A stretch of 64,000 nucleotides of DNA from Halocafeteria seosinensis (GCA_001687465.1 LVLI01000023.1:1-64000); one strand, 5' to 3'; positions 1 through 12,927 are shown, counted from the first letter of the stretch. Made by a program: numbers and translations. Notes: generated by a model not told the origin, from the letters alone.

Positions 1-44
1 AAGAACGGTAAGTTCGATGGCTTTCCTTGTTTTCTCTGTCGTAG

Positions 45-2767
45 CGGTGCTCAAGGGGACATGAAACTACAAAAAGGTTTAGCTGTTCTTGTTGGAACAC
101 TCAAAGGGGACAAAGAACTACAAAAAAGGTATCGGTCGTTCGTATGTGCGTGGATGCAGAGGAAGACCCCAGCACAACGTCTAAACGACCACCTAAAACG
201 GATGCACTACTCGAGTGGGTTAAGGAAGAAGAAGGAATCCCAGAAGAGACTAAAGAAGTATGTATCCGCGAGATTGAAAAGCGTGGCTTGGAATTTGGGG
301 AACCCCCATTCAATACCGAAGAAAACGCAAAGAACTTCTTCGCAAGCCTTTTAGGCGAAAAGAACTGGAAGACAGATAACTTGGGCGCACTTGCTTATCG
401 GGAAAGCAAGAAATACTTAGGTATGTATCGAGGAATCGACGAGTAGAAGAGCTGTGGTTTGAATCCTGATCCAATTGTCGCGCGTCTTGCTTGTGTGCAG
501 AAGATGGCAGTGAGAGAACGGGGCGAAAGCGCCAACGTGAAGAAACACAAGGTATGTTGACTTGGAAAATATATGGTGTAGATGAGGAAGAGAAAACAAG
601 CGTGAGAAGGGATGGAACGGGGTGCTCTGATGTAGTAATAATGATATGCTGTGTCAAGGTGATACGATGATGCACAAAGGGAAAGGTGTACCGTGAGAAG
701 TCTTTCCGTCGGCTCTACAGTGGAATATCAAAGCAGGGCTTCAGATGGAGGGAGATATTATTGTGGTTTTACTATTATCTGATCTGTATCGCTATCCTCT
801 TTCCTTGCAGGCGGGGACTCAGGACCGAGCTCAGCAGGTAAGTAAACGTTGAGAATTTAAAGCGGAAATCTCTGGAGTACAAAGATACTGCTGCTAGGAT
901 TTTATTCGTCATTCACCATATTGTTGTTCTTGTTCTAATTGGTCTTCTGTTCGGCCCATGATCAGAGGGATGCAGTCGGGTTCAACAGCTCGTGGACAAG
1001 CTCGTGGCTATACAACCTACAGCGAACAATGGAACCCAGGTCTTGGAAGGTTGCTGGCTTCCTGGGAAACAAATGATTGGAAAGGGAATTTTTGTGCGGA
1101 GGGAATATGCTGCATTGTTTAGTGTCATTAAGCAAAGTCCTAAATACTTGTTTTCCATCGAAGGTGTTCCGGGTATTGGAAAGTCCATGATGATCCCTTA
1201 CGTTGTTTGGAGGCTTCTTCATGCGCCAGAGGGTAAGCCTTCGGGCATATGCCTCCGCTTGATGCATGCACGGCGGTTCTTCCGTATTGACACTCGTTCT
1301 AATGTTGTGTCTTTGATCGATGAATATGGTGTTCAGGAGGGGGACTGGTTTTTGTATGACGGGGGTGCTAGGGACGACATACGAACTATAGCGCATAGCG
1401 CTGACTATCGACAGGTGAAACTAATCTTGTTTATATCACCGCGACGATCTAATCGAGATAGTTGCTTTGTACCGAAAGGCCTAAACAGAAAAATTATGTC
1501 TCCTTATACGCTTAAAGAACTTGCCAAATTACACTTAATGGTGTATGCCGAGCAAGGGCTCACGGCACATTCCGTTGAAGAACGGTACAGAAGGATTGGT
1601 GGCGTACCGAGATACATATTTGAGGAGCCACAACTGATTGATGCTATGGTGGATGGCGCTGTGAGGGGAGTAAATCCATTGGACGTGATGGAAGACACTG
1701 GCGACCTTGGCTATGTGACTATTGGCGAAAGAGAAGAAAAAGTGACGTTTAAGGCGGTACAATTTTGGCACCGCAAGGGGGATGACACGTATAGTTACGA
1801 ATTTGGCAGAGCGAGGTATGCTTCTTAGGAAATTATGGACAGACTGTTGAATAAATGGGATGCGATGGAGTGGAAGAGAGTCTTGGACGTAATTTTCAAG
1901 AGTGTGGGAAACGCTTACCTTCGTGGAAGATATTTCGAGGGGGCTATGCACAAATTGATCCCGCAGCGCGCTTCTAAAGCCCCTCTTCGTGAATTTCCAA
2001 ACGTTGTCAAGCTGGTTTACGGGGATTATGGATGGGAACAAAAGGCCAAGGAGTCAACTCTCTTTCTGCCAACAAGCAAGGAAGAAAAAATTTTTGGTAC
2101 TAAAATTGACAATGTAGTTGCGAAGGCGATTAATGTTCGCGAGAACGGGTTTGATGGTGTTTACGGCAAACCTACGATGAAGATGTTTGAAACAGTGGAT
2201 GCTATCCTTGTTACGAGTGCTATGGCAGGCAATGTGTCCCAGCTTCCACTTCTGCTTTTTCAATACACCGTTTCTAAACGTCATACGTTGAAGATGGCAG
2301 GAGTTTATAGTCTATGGAAGCAAGTGCGCCACCACTACAAAGTAGGTCGTGGATACCGGTATCCTCATTTCTACTTCATGGTCCCTCAGTATCAACGCAT
2401 CTTCCTCCCTAATGCTCCGAAATACTCGAAGAAGGAAAAAAAGGAAGAGAAAGCATTGTTCAAGAAGATGACGTTCCACGTAGTTTTCGTTGACAGAGGT
2501 AAGCCTCCCAACGAGGAGTAACAGCAGCAGAAGTAATGAGCGTGCGCATCATGTACTTCGTATGTTTTGCTTTTCCTTGCAGATATGCTTTCTCCAGAGT
2601 TTGAAGACCAGCTGCCGGGAGAAATCGACGAGAGTGACGAGTCAGCCGATGAAATGGGTGAAGGGACAGAATATGACACGGGAGAAGAGACGGATAGCGA
2701 ATCGGATGAATCGGAAGATACAGAGGATAATAGGAAGATGCGAATAAAGAGTCGGCGGAAGAGATGA
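45..2767 (+). pseudogene. Crinkler (CRN)-like NTPase + restriction-endonuclease-fold effector gene, 5' end probably outside the window, one in-frame TAG at 1826-1828
   Basis: Walker A GVPGIGKS, 'IGGVPRYIF', 'GRYFEGAMH', 'FETVDAI...LFQYTVSKRH' match CRN NTPase and REase motifs. ORFs 992-1828 and 1835-2521 share a frame. Introns 838-965 and 2499-2582; the latter joins an acidic tail ending at 2767. Upstream exon structure is uncertain. Confidence 0.75.
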
Positions 2768-2954
2768 CTCTATAGTGCGCCCTACACGCCGTGCATAAAC
2801 AATACTTATACACCCTCCCGCATAAGCGGTTAGGCTTAGTCTCCCAAACCAACGCATACCTTTATATGACACGCTCTTACGTACTTCTGGTGCATGTCGG
2901 AGACCCCACTTGATACAGCATTCACGTATGTCCACGATAGACAAACACTTATTT

Positions 2955-5130
2955 GACAGATAGACCACCGGCAGGGCAGTTGACCGCATCCTCTTAACGA
3001 GGACCCGTGTTAACCAGCGACGTGCCCGCTGTTCCTGCAGGAGATGCGAAACTTCCGCATGCTGATGACGGCGAAACTGTCAGTCACCGTGTCACGTTGA
3101 TGCGCCACGACGTGAAGATGTTGGACCGGTCCCGGATGGGGTTCACCCCTACTGTACATGTATAGCAGACACGTCTTCCGGTAGGAACAGTACCAATACA
3201 CACCCCCTGCAGCCTTGCTGACATGTGCCATGGCCCATGAGGGAACGCAACACTGGCTTTGCTAAGGAGGCATCGGGGGAGGCGCCACGCGTGCGCCAAC
3301 GAAGTCAGGATTACTGACAAGGTTCAGTCCGGGAGCAGAACTGCCGCAGCGACGAAATGTGGTACTACAATCTGGGCTATGTTGACGAAACTGAGGTGAA
3401 AGGAACTCCTGGGGCGCCACCTCCCACGTTAGGTGGCTGCATGTCAACGGACACAACTGCTTCGTCTAGACCAACACTTACAGTACCATCTTAGCTGCGC
3501 TCCTGCAACCGGTCCTCAGGGTTTGAAATTTGCGGGTATCGGTTACCCGCGGGCGGGTATGCGGGTAAAGTCCGATGTTGAAGCTTCCCAATTTTAGCCG
3601 ACTAGAGCCATTAGAACTCTATTTTTCAAGCATTCTCGTAATTTTATGCCTAATACGGTACCATATACGTGATTTCCGCCGTACAACACGGGTATTTGAG
3701 GAGTCTCCGAGTCTTGCAACTTTGTAGCTTTTTGCTTCACAAACAGCCACTCGGCTGAACTCCGTTGACTCGTGTGTACTGATCCTGCCATTTAGCGAGA
3801 TTAAAGGGCATGATGAAACCAAAACGTTGTATTTAGGGTGTATTTGTGCTGATATGGACTTACACATGGTTAGAATTGCGAAAACACCAAAACTTTCTTC
3901 AAATATTCACTATACCCGCATACCCGCAATACCCGCAAAGTTTGAGCGCGGGCGGGTGCGGGTAAGTATACCCGCGAGCTCGTGGTTGCGGGTCGCGGGT
4001 ATACCCGCGGATTTCAAACCCTGCCCGGCGGTCCTGGCCTGTATTCTTATATCCATCCTCGTCATCCTCCTCACCGGACTCTACTACTATGTCATTCGTA
4101 AGTATGAAAAGTAAATACTGAAATACCTTTGTTGGTATGTTGTCTGTTGTTTCTTCGTTCGTATTGCTCGAATTTGAGGAGGTGAAAATTTCTAGACTGG
4201 AGCTGAACGCTTGGTTGAAATACAGTACACACACACACCGGCCGGGAAGTTGACCGCATCCTCTTAACGAGGAGCGGTATGCGCCCGTGTTAAGCAGCAG
4301 CCTTGCTGACATGCGCCGTGAGGGAACACAGCACTGGTTAAGCTCAGGAGGCATCGGGGGAGGAGCCATGCCTGCGCCCACGATGTCAGAGGTACCGACA
4401 AGGCTCAGTCTGGCAGGAGAGGACCCAGAGCCTGCCCCAGCGGCGCCAACGCCAAGACCGGTTGCAGCAGCGCAGGCAGGATGAAGTGTTGTTTCCGACG
4501 CAACAGTTGTGACCAAAGACAAGCCTCCACCTGACGCGGGAGGGGGCTCCCCAGAAATTCCGTCCACCTCATTTTCGTCATCATAGCCCAGATTAAAGTA
4601 CATCTCCTGCTCGAGATCGAAGAAGGTGCAGCTACCCAGGTCTTTCTGAAGCCACGCATTCTCTGTGAATGTACATTTTTCGACAAGGATTTTATCTAGT
4701 GTATATGAATATCTTCTTTCAGGTTCCCCTCGACTCGTGTTCCGTCTTGTGGGAGCTTGTCCCACGGTCGCAGAGTAGCTGCTGGTGCTTTCTCCCCGTT
4801 GACCTGATCTTCGTATTGAGTGCGATGGGCGACCGCGGTCTTGGGTGGCCTTGCGTGATGTCGCGCTGGTCCGTAGTCGGCCCCGGCCGCGTGGCTTTCT
4901 ACTTGCGGACTCTGCATTTCTTTCTCTTCTGCTCTGCATTGGAGATATACTTGCCATGCCTGCGCCCACGGTGTCAGGGGTACCGTTAAGCTACCAAGGA
5001 AAGGCGGTAAGGGAATCTGGTGTATTCTCACGACACATGTATGGTAAACACACACACACATGCGACAGATAGCCCACCGGCCAGGAAGTTGACTGAACAC
5101 ACACACACAAATGTGACAGATAGCCCATGG
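2955..5130. repeat. Mosaic of degenerate direct repeats (2-3 copies of several modules)
   Basis: 'gttgaccgcatcctcttaacgagga' at ~2979 and ~4249; 'gcagccttgctgacatg...ggaggcatcgggggagg' at ~3209 and ~4297; 'gccatgcctgcgcccacg' at ~4365 and ~4953; 'gacagatagMcca' at 2955, ~5064 and ~5115. Confidence 0.8.
3517..4023. mobile_element. Non-autonomous DNA transposon (MITE), hAT-like
   Basis: TIR cagggtttgaaatNNgcgggtat (21/23 match, first 13 perfect); many subterminal gcgggta/tacccgc motifs at both ends; AT-richer non-coding core; degenerate 8-bp TSD ccggtcct. Confidence 0.8.
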
Positions 5131-5294
5131 TAAGCAATGTGGCCACTATGGCATTGCCGCTCTTTCTTCGAAATCCTTTCAATCATCTAAGGGGCATTGA
5201 TTGACAACTCAAACTGCTACATTAACCACTGCTGTACTTACTTCATGTCAATCTCAACATGCACGGAAATGCCCGCTTCGGCGGCCCCGCTTAC

Positions 5295-5813
5295 CTAGTA
5301 CCCTAGTACGTAGTCATCGTAGTAGTAGTAGTCATCGTCATCGTCGTAATCATCAGCAGTTACAGAAATTGACACTATCGTGATGATCAAAATACAGGAA
5401 GAGAGTGCGAGACCAAGGCCCCATCCCTTCAGGAAGGACCTTTGGTCGTTTACACCCGCCAATCCAAGTAGTCCGAAGAGTCCGCAACAAAGACCAAGAA
5501 TGAACCCCATACAGAAGTTGTCTTCGCGCGGATTTGCATTTACGAGTAGAGGGGTTGTATACCATGGGGCTTGAGGAGCTACAGCTACCATTGGTTGCCC
5601 ACTCAAGGAAACGTATCCAACCGGCGCTTCGCCGTAAGCAACTCCTGTGTGTGGGTAATAATAGCCAGGACCTGGAGGCATGTACTGTGCAGTATAGCAA
5701 TACGTATATACAGATGATGATATTTGGTTCGACCCTCCTTCAGCCGAGGATTGGGGATCATCGGGATCCAGCGCCAAGTCCTTGTACGGATGCTGGTCGC
5801 CACCTTGTTCCAT
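5295..5813 (-). CDS. Small membrane protein: Pro/Tyr-rich N-terminus, two C-terminal TM helices, acidic tail
   Basis: 172-aa ORF; 'DNFCMGFILGLCCGLFGLLGL' and 'GWGLGLALSSCILIITIVSI' hydrophobic segments. Confidence 0.55.
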   Translation of the reverse strand: MEQGGDQHPYKDLALDPDDPQSSAEGGSNQISSSVYTYCYTAQYMPPGPGYYYPHTGVAYGEAPVGYVSLSGQPMVAVAPQAPWYTTPLLVNANPREDNFCMGFILGLCCGLFGLLGLAGVNDQRSFLKGWGLGLALSSCILIITIVSISVTADDYDDDDDYYYYDDYVLGY

Positions 5814-6852
5814 TGTCGAACACTTTGTCGTCTCAAGTTACTATACCCAGCACTCACTAGAGGAGCGTATAACACAGCTACAAAGACTTATGTTTCCTCT
5901 CTCTAACTCCTTCGTGGGCGATATACGTGTTCATATGCTATACTGGCCAATATAATCTGTCACATTTGTGTATGTATGTATATGTATACTGTACCCGGAG
6001 TCGCAGTATACAATAGCGGCTATTCCCTATCCGTACACCGTACTCGTTCTTCCCCCGTACAAGCAGAGTTGTTCTTGCGTAATTGAAGAGAGAAACGCAG
6101 TAAAATGTATGTTCTTTCCTATACCCGATTTAACGATCGTTGCATGGTATGGAAACGAGACAATGCCGTTGATTTCGCGCAGTTGAACCGTCCGCACCGC
6201 AATTGAACGCACGCACATGCATTGAAGATAAGAGGACGTGACCGCAATTGTGGAGACAAACCTGGATCATCCCAATTAACGTCGCTGTTGATGTAGTTGC
6301 TGATAATGGTTTCGATGACCGTTTCAACAGGGTAACATCTAGCGTTTACCTGTGAGTGTGTGGCAGCGTTAATTGCACTGCCAGGGAGGGCCGAGCTCAC
6401 TAGCAACAAGTCCCGCCTTTCGGCAGCAAAGAGGGGTGTACGCACATACTGTGTATGTAATTCCCTAAGGGCAAAAGGGTCTTTTATCCACGTTTCTCTA
6501 ATCCGCTAGCCCTTGATAAAACTCTACTACTATCGTCTGCCAGCCAAGCTACATATTCAGCATGACGTCTTCAACCCAAAATCTAACGTTGTCGGACGAC
6601 AATAGGGTGGTTTCAATGATTCGAATTGTTGTACAGCGCTAGTTGCGACGCATTTGCAGCGGGATTGTCTGGGCTCAAAAGGCTAGGCTACTCATTAAGA
6701 AGATCCTATTGGAAACTTGGTATACGGTGGCACCCTATTTCACTTTCTCCCCACGTCTTGAATCATCAAAAGCATGTCTGCCACTTTGAAGAGCAGCTTC
6801 TGGACGCACCATTCGACGTCATAATTCTTACGTTTCCCGCACCATTCCAACT

Positions 6853-7628
6853 CTATCTGCATCCATCCATGTAAGGAAGGAATTGACAACTCAAACTGCT
6901 TAGTTTAACCACTGCTGGGCTTACTTCATGTGTAGAATCTCCATTGGTCTCATCGTGCTGAAAACTGCCCGAAGTTCCGACTCGAGTGAGTTCATACTTG
7001 ATCTCATCCTGGATCCCAAGTGGTCGGAAAGGAATGCTTCTCCAACCCTTGTCTCCGCTCAGATCAGTACTTACTTTGTGAACAAATGTATACCTGGTCT
7101 TCTTACGAACGAGGTCTGGCTCACCTTCATCCCCATTGAGCTTTTGTTTTCGTTCCTTTTGCAAACTAAACCGGAGGACGCGATCCAGCGAGTGAACCAG
7201 CATGTCCTCAGCTCCATAAACTCTTTCCTTCGTGATAATCACGGGATCCTTGCTTTCCTCGAACGTGACTCGCTTACGTTTGCCAGAACTTATCAGTTGA
7301 TTCGATGACAAAATGACTTGACCAGTGCTGCTGGTATCGATACCAACTGTTGTGTCATGCGTGAAATCCACCCTACGGGGTTCCGTCGTAACTGGTTCAA
7401 CACCGCTTCGAAAATAAGCTTACAATATGGTATAGACATCGGGAAACCGTGTACTTCCAATTCGTATGTTTCTTTGTCCCTCTCCCTGCAGGTCCAGCGA
7501 ATCATAGTTCGGGCAGAATTCCACGCTTTCCAAGTCACATACTCTCGAAACCATTTCGGCAAGAACCCATCCGTTTCGCTCTTTAGAGCTTTATAAATCC
7601 TGAAGACACTTAGAGCCGACCAAGTCAT
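6853..7628 (-). pseudogene. Hypothetical gene or fragment split over two overlapping frames
   Basis: Protein-like ORFs 7293-7628 and 6853-7371 overlap in different frames; a ~50-nt part of the 3' region is repeated at ~5200-5250. Confidence 0.3.
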
Positions 7629-8059
7629 CCATCTATCCTTGGCTTGGAAAGGACCGCATACTCTTTATGACGGTGCTGATGTGATGATGAGTGGCTGCCC
7701 TTCTCATTTGCCACATACATAACATAGGAAGATGTTTGGTCTTTCATAAAAAATTCTTTACACTTCGAGCCTATATACAGAGCATTGTTCCACAAAGAAG
7801 CCTATTAAGTACCAAAACACCCCCGGCAATTATCACAAATCGCGGTCCGGCAATTTTCACAACCTGAGATATCAAGTTCATTTAACCTTTCCTTCAATAC
7901 AACTTCACTTTCATGAAAGTTTCATCCTTAAAGTTCAAACTTCCCCCCAACTCTGAACTTCACAAACCCTACGGGCTTTACTCCACTCGCATTCCTTCAT
8001 TTGTATAGTTAGACATCCCTTCCTTGGTGAATGCGGTATTTCCATCCCATGCGCATGTC

Positions 8060-11000
8060 ATGGCGTCGAAATCTCTACCGCCGAAATATGGCCATACAGG
8101 GGGCAATGGGGTTCAACGTTCGTCAACCATTTCGGCCTTCGCCAGATTGCGACCGCTGATTACAGGCGATACAGATGGTCCCCAGGCACAAACAGGGTAT
8201 CAATCGACGGCCAAGAGAAAGAATAAGGCGGACGGGAAAGAATCCGAAGAGGGATGTGTATCAGTAGATGATGCGAACAAGGTAAAATCCAATGCTACTT
8301 CAACTTGGTGCATGTTTTTGAACATTTCATTGAGTACTCTGTTAGTGCAGACGTTGACCGTCATTGGGCCCGATTACCAAAGCAAACCTCTGACGTCGAG
8401 CAAAGCCCCGGGCTCTGAAAGTGACGGAGAGGGGAATGGTGGCCCACCAACGGAAACGGACGCTTCGCTGACATCTGATGGAAAACAATCATTTACGTTT
8501 GCTTTGAATGGTACCCTCCACGATTGTTCCCAGGAACATGTGTTCGACTCGATTGCCCGCGACATTTGCGACAGTGTCCTGGAAGGCTACAATGGTACGA
8601 CGTGAAGCATCACTTGTCCAGGTTGTCGACAAAGGATCATGTTTTGTTTATTTCAGGTACACTTTTGGCGTATGGACAAACGGGCGCAGGGAAGACTTAT
8701 AGCATGGTATGTGAACAATGGCAAATTTTATGTAAATTTCCCCGTTTTTAGTCCTCTCATGAATATGTTGAAACTGTCCTGGCAGACGGGTGGGGCTGCT
8801 GCGTCGTTCGAAGAGCGCGGTGTGGTTCCTCGAGCAATGTCTTATATGTTTCGTAAAGTAAGGTCTTACGTAGACAAGAACACTGTTTTAGGTGTTACCC
8901 TCCAGCTTTGTGCGCTTCGTCTCGTACTGGTATATACAGCTTGGATTGTCGGCAGTTTCCGATCGTAATGATGACGCCGGTGGTGACGATGGCGCTGTTG
9001 TTCGCGTCTCGTACGTCGAGATATACAATGAAAAGCCTTATGACCTCCTTTCACTAAAAACGGGGGCTCAAGCGGAACTGAAACCTGGGAAGCTAACGTT
9101 GCTAGAGAACAATAGTGGTAAGCTCCCTTTGGTGGCTACTGAGACTAACAGTTGAATTGCAACTATGTATCGGCGTTGTGCTCAGGGGAGATACTGATCC
9201 GTGGTCTGAAACGACCCGTTGTCAGGAGTGAGTCTGAGGCACTAGAATGGTTTTTCGAAGGAGAAACTAATCGGGCAATAGCTGAGCATGCTCTAAATAA
9301 AGCATCAAGTCGGAGCCACTGTGTTTTTTCTGTATATTTGGAGCGGAAGAGCACCACTGCCGCTGCTGGGAAAGAGGAAGAGACTGAGGCTACTGTGCAT
9401 AGCAAAATGCACTTTGTTGATCTTGCTGGATCGGAGCGAGTATCCAAAACACTTAGCACAGGGGAAACATTAATGGAGGCAAAGCACATAAATAAGTCGC
9501 TTTCGTTCTTGGAGCAAGTTGTTCTTTCCTTGGTTTCGAAGAAGACCCATATACCATACCGAAGTTCGAAGTTGACACACATGCTACAAGATTCGCTGGG
9601 CGGCAACTGTAAAACTCGATTGTTGGCTTGCATACGGAGAGACAAAGTGCATGCGCTGGAAAGCATAGCTACACTACGCTTCGCCACCCGCATGATGCAT
9701 GTTAAAACTAGGCCTGTTCGCAATGTTGTATCTGATTCGGAACAAGGTGTAGATGCCGCTGTTCTGGCCAAATATGAACAAGAAATCAAAGCACTGCGGC
9801 GTGAACTGGCCATGTATGACTCGTTGAACGGTAAGTACCGTAAAATGTATGCGTGTACACTTCACCGATTATAAACTTATTGTTGTTTATTTTCTGCTTT
9901 CAGGAAGGACTGGTGTTTCATACACTCCTCTTGAAGATCCTGAACGAAGTCTTATACGTGAGATGGTGGAGTCATATGCATACAGTCAAGACGAAGATGA
10001 GCGGGAGCAGGCATTTACTCGCTTGATGGGAGTACGTCTATGATGTGTGACGGCTACTGAGCTTGAACCTCTTGAAATGTTGGTTGATTACCCAGGTATC
10101 CACGATACGCCACATCGGATGCGCCTTTGAACAATTTCGTTACTTGCTACGTCATAAAAATCAGGCTGTGGCTAACAACAGCCAGAAGTTGGAAGGCCAG
10201 GAAAGTGACCAATGGGGTGCCTCAGCTGCTGAAACGAAGCAAGTTGCGGCTGGCCAGCGCCGGGCTGATATGGAAGTAGAATCTGTCGGCTCTCAATCTA
10301 ATCCACCCTCTCAAGCCAGCAATCGGCCGGTCTTTTCCCGAGATTCGCAGCTATCAGCGGATGATCCATCTGCTCAATTCAAATACTGGTGTCAGCATGT
10401 TCCTGAAGGAAAGCGATTGCATCAGGACTATACGGAGGTTAAGAAGAATTTAAAGGCGAAAAAAGAAGAAGCCAAGAAACAAGCGACTTTAGTCAATGAA
10501 TGCAAGAAGTGAGTTTGGCATGTTGTCAAATTTTTATCGGTTATTTGAGTCGATTTTCCCCGCTTTGGACGTTTTTCCCTCTCACCTCCACAGACACATT
10601 GATGAATACATGAAAGCTCTTCGACAAGAAGGAAACCTCTCGTCGGAGGAAGAAATGGACCTGACAAGCAAACTAAAAGAGTACAAGGAACAATATCGTA
10701 GTTACTACTCGGACCTGGAAGAAAAGAAGAGCGAATTACAATATCTTTCTGGATCTTCTAATGCAATTAAGTCCAAGATGTTAAGTGCTTACGAAGAATG
10801 GTATGTTCTGATGCATAGGGTCATAGCATTTCATCCTTAGACGAATTCGGGTCGTTGTACCAACAGGTTACGTGGCTCTGAAGAACATGAGAGTGGCACG
10901 GATAGTGAAGCAGGTGAAATTCCGTCTACAGGAAAGCCAGTCGAAACAACATCCAACAGCAGTACTAGTGATGCGCGTCCAGGCGAGAGGAAACCCTATG

Positions 11001-11095
11001 ACGCAGCACGCTATCGAGCATTGAATTCTCATTCGGAGAAGGAACAGTTGCGGAGGAGCAATCGACATCGTAAAGAATGGAAGAAGGCCTTCTAA
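8060..11095 (+). CDS. Kinesin-9 family motor (KIF6/KIF9-like), multi-exon
   Basis: P-loop YGQTGAGKTYSM, 'ETNRAIAEHALNKASSRSHCVF', DLAGSER, HIPYRSSKLTHMLQDSLGGN, C-terminal 'LRRELAMYDSL...GRTGVSY' and coiled coil; GT-AG introns; stop TAA 11093-11095. Confidence 0.9.
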
Positions 11096-11681
11096 AGTAA
11101 GCGGACCCTGATACTGAACTCGCATTTGTTGGTTAAGTAGTATTTGACAGTCTTGCGAACGCGCAAAGGCGAGGAAGAAGAAGACGTTTCAAGAGTGAAT
11201 GTTGAGTACTTTTTTAGCGTCGTCCCGTCCCATTGGGCAAGCCCTTGGAGCAACTTGGAGAGGCGATGCTGCACCATGTGTAATTTGGCCGTACACCGAG
11301 TGAAAAGGAACCTTCTGTTGGATGTGCGTAAAGTGACTACGAATGAGTTCTTGGGCCCCGATAATGCAGATTGCTCAAGGACGTTTTCGTGCTGCCTTCT
11401 TTCGATCGTACGACGTACGCTTGGGTCTTTGATCGAGTAGCAAATGTCCTTGGGAAATTGTATTGATCGACAGACTTCTGGTACCTGAGAAACCACTTGA
11501 AGAAGTCTCCGGTGTGTGGTGTTAACCTGAGTGACGGATGAATGGAAGTAAAATCATCGGAACCCTTGGACACCCGTACGGAAAGTTCCGGCGGAATCCA
11601 GGCGTCCCATCTCGTGCAGAAGAATCTAAAACGGATCCCAATGAGCCTTATGCTGAGAGCTGGTATTGATGCGTGCGTCAT
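11092..11681 (-). CDS. Possible hypothetical protein, exon structure unresolved
   Basis: Protein-like minus-strand ORFs 11092-11496 and 11337-11681; no recognisable motif. Confidence 0.25.
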
Positions 11682-12117
11682 CGATTACTGTGTGTACGTT
11701 GTCAGATGGATTGAGCTATCGGTGCAAAGACCATGTGGAGGAAATATCACCGGATGCGCAGCAATGGCTGAGAACTCAGCCCAGTTACAAGTTCATGTAG
11801 GATCGAAGCCATTTTCACATGAAAATGAGTAGAAAGAATTAACAACGTGGTTCCGACAGTCTAAAAGCATTTACTTTATTACATTGTATTACGTTGCACC
11901 GCTAGTCCAGCTCCCTGAACCCGCGGGCCTTGCAAGCCCTTATGAACAACACTATTGCAGCCACGCCTCCAGAGTGAGTAGGAGGTAGGTGGAAAATTGT
12001 CTATACCCTTGGAGACAAGGATCTGAAGTCATAAGCATATCAGCCATACGCTTCGTCTAAACTCTCGTCTGAACTCACCATGGGAAACAGAAATAGAAGT
12101 CAGTTTGCCCCGGCGAT

Positions 12118-12769
12118 TTAAAGTGCACCAGCTTTTTGAAGTTCTTTCCGTAGCGTTCCTTTCCGGTGCGCCTCTTCGGTCTCATTCCCACCTCCGATGG
12201 ATTTCCCATCTGCAAACATTGAACAGCGTAGTCAGTGATTCGTGTTTCTTCCTCAGTTAACTTTCTGAGGAAAAACGAGTGGCTCAGAAAAAAAATTCAT
12301 GGGAAATACTCACTGATAATCACATTCGGTACAGTTCTCTGTCCTGTCAACGCTTGCGCAGCTCCTTGGAGACCTCGACCATCGCTTCGTTGATCCTGCA
12401 TGAAGGCGACCCATCACCAAGAGAGAAGAACCGTATATGTGCCCGCCTCTCACTAAACATGGTTATGCTGTTTTGAGCACATACCAGCTCAATGTAATGA
12501 GGCGTGACATTGGAATAGAGACTAAATACCTGCACTCCTCATGTAAGAAATATACTTCAGCTTGAAGTTGCGACACCGGTTTCTCAGTATAATTCGGTCC
12601 GTAAATTCTCTACAGACAAGCAGCACACTTTGTATCTTACTCGTTTGGCTTTTGTGCAAAAGGGGCAGTAGGTCTTGGAGAGAACGAGCACCTTGTGGTC
12701 CTGAATGAGCTGCTTTAACTGCTCCATCTCTTCCTGTGAATATTCCATGGAACTACTTCCAGCTCCCAT
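12118..12769 (-). CDS. Dithiol glutaredoxin (CPFC) with putative N-myristoylation signal, 4 exons
   Basis: Spliced product MGAGSSS...SKTYCPFCTKAKR-VFSLYSNVTPHYIEL-DQRSDG...TGQRTVPNVII-NGKSIGGGNE...AGAL*; CPFC, TVP and GG motifs. Confidence 0.92.
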
Positions 12770-12838
12770 CTTTTTACACGTTCAGATAGACGTATGCGCG
12801 CAAGCGACTCAACTGGATTGAACGGATCAATATTTGCC

Positions 12839-12927
12839 AATATCAGCGGAGGAACGAACAATCCAAATAGAGTATGTCATTATGTATGTAGAAGGGAAAG
12901 GAATCGGGATCCCGCGATCTCCCGCCA
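12839..12927 (+). repeat. Dispersed ~85-bp intergenic element with palindromic core cgggatcccg (copy 1)
   Basis: atatcagc...caatccaaatag...aaaggaatcgggatcccg.gatc shared with 20207-20288. Confidence 0.7.

Noticed and set aside
3899..4969. 356-aa minus-strand ORF as a real gene or transposase
   Set aside because: It runs through repeat modules and into the MITE, is low complexity and has no DDE or other motif
9163..9813. Long antisense ORFs over kinesin (and likewise over GDH and TTLL)
   Set aside because: Shadow frames of real coding sequence
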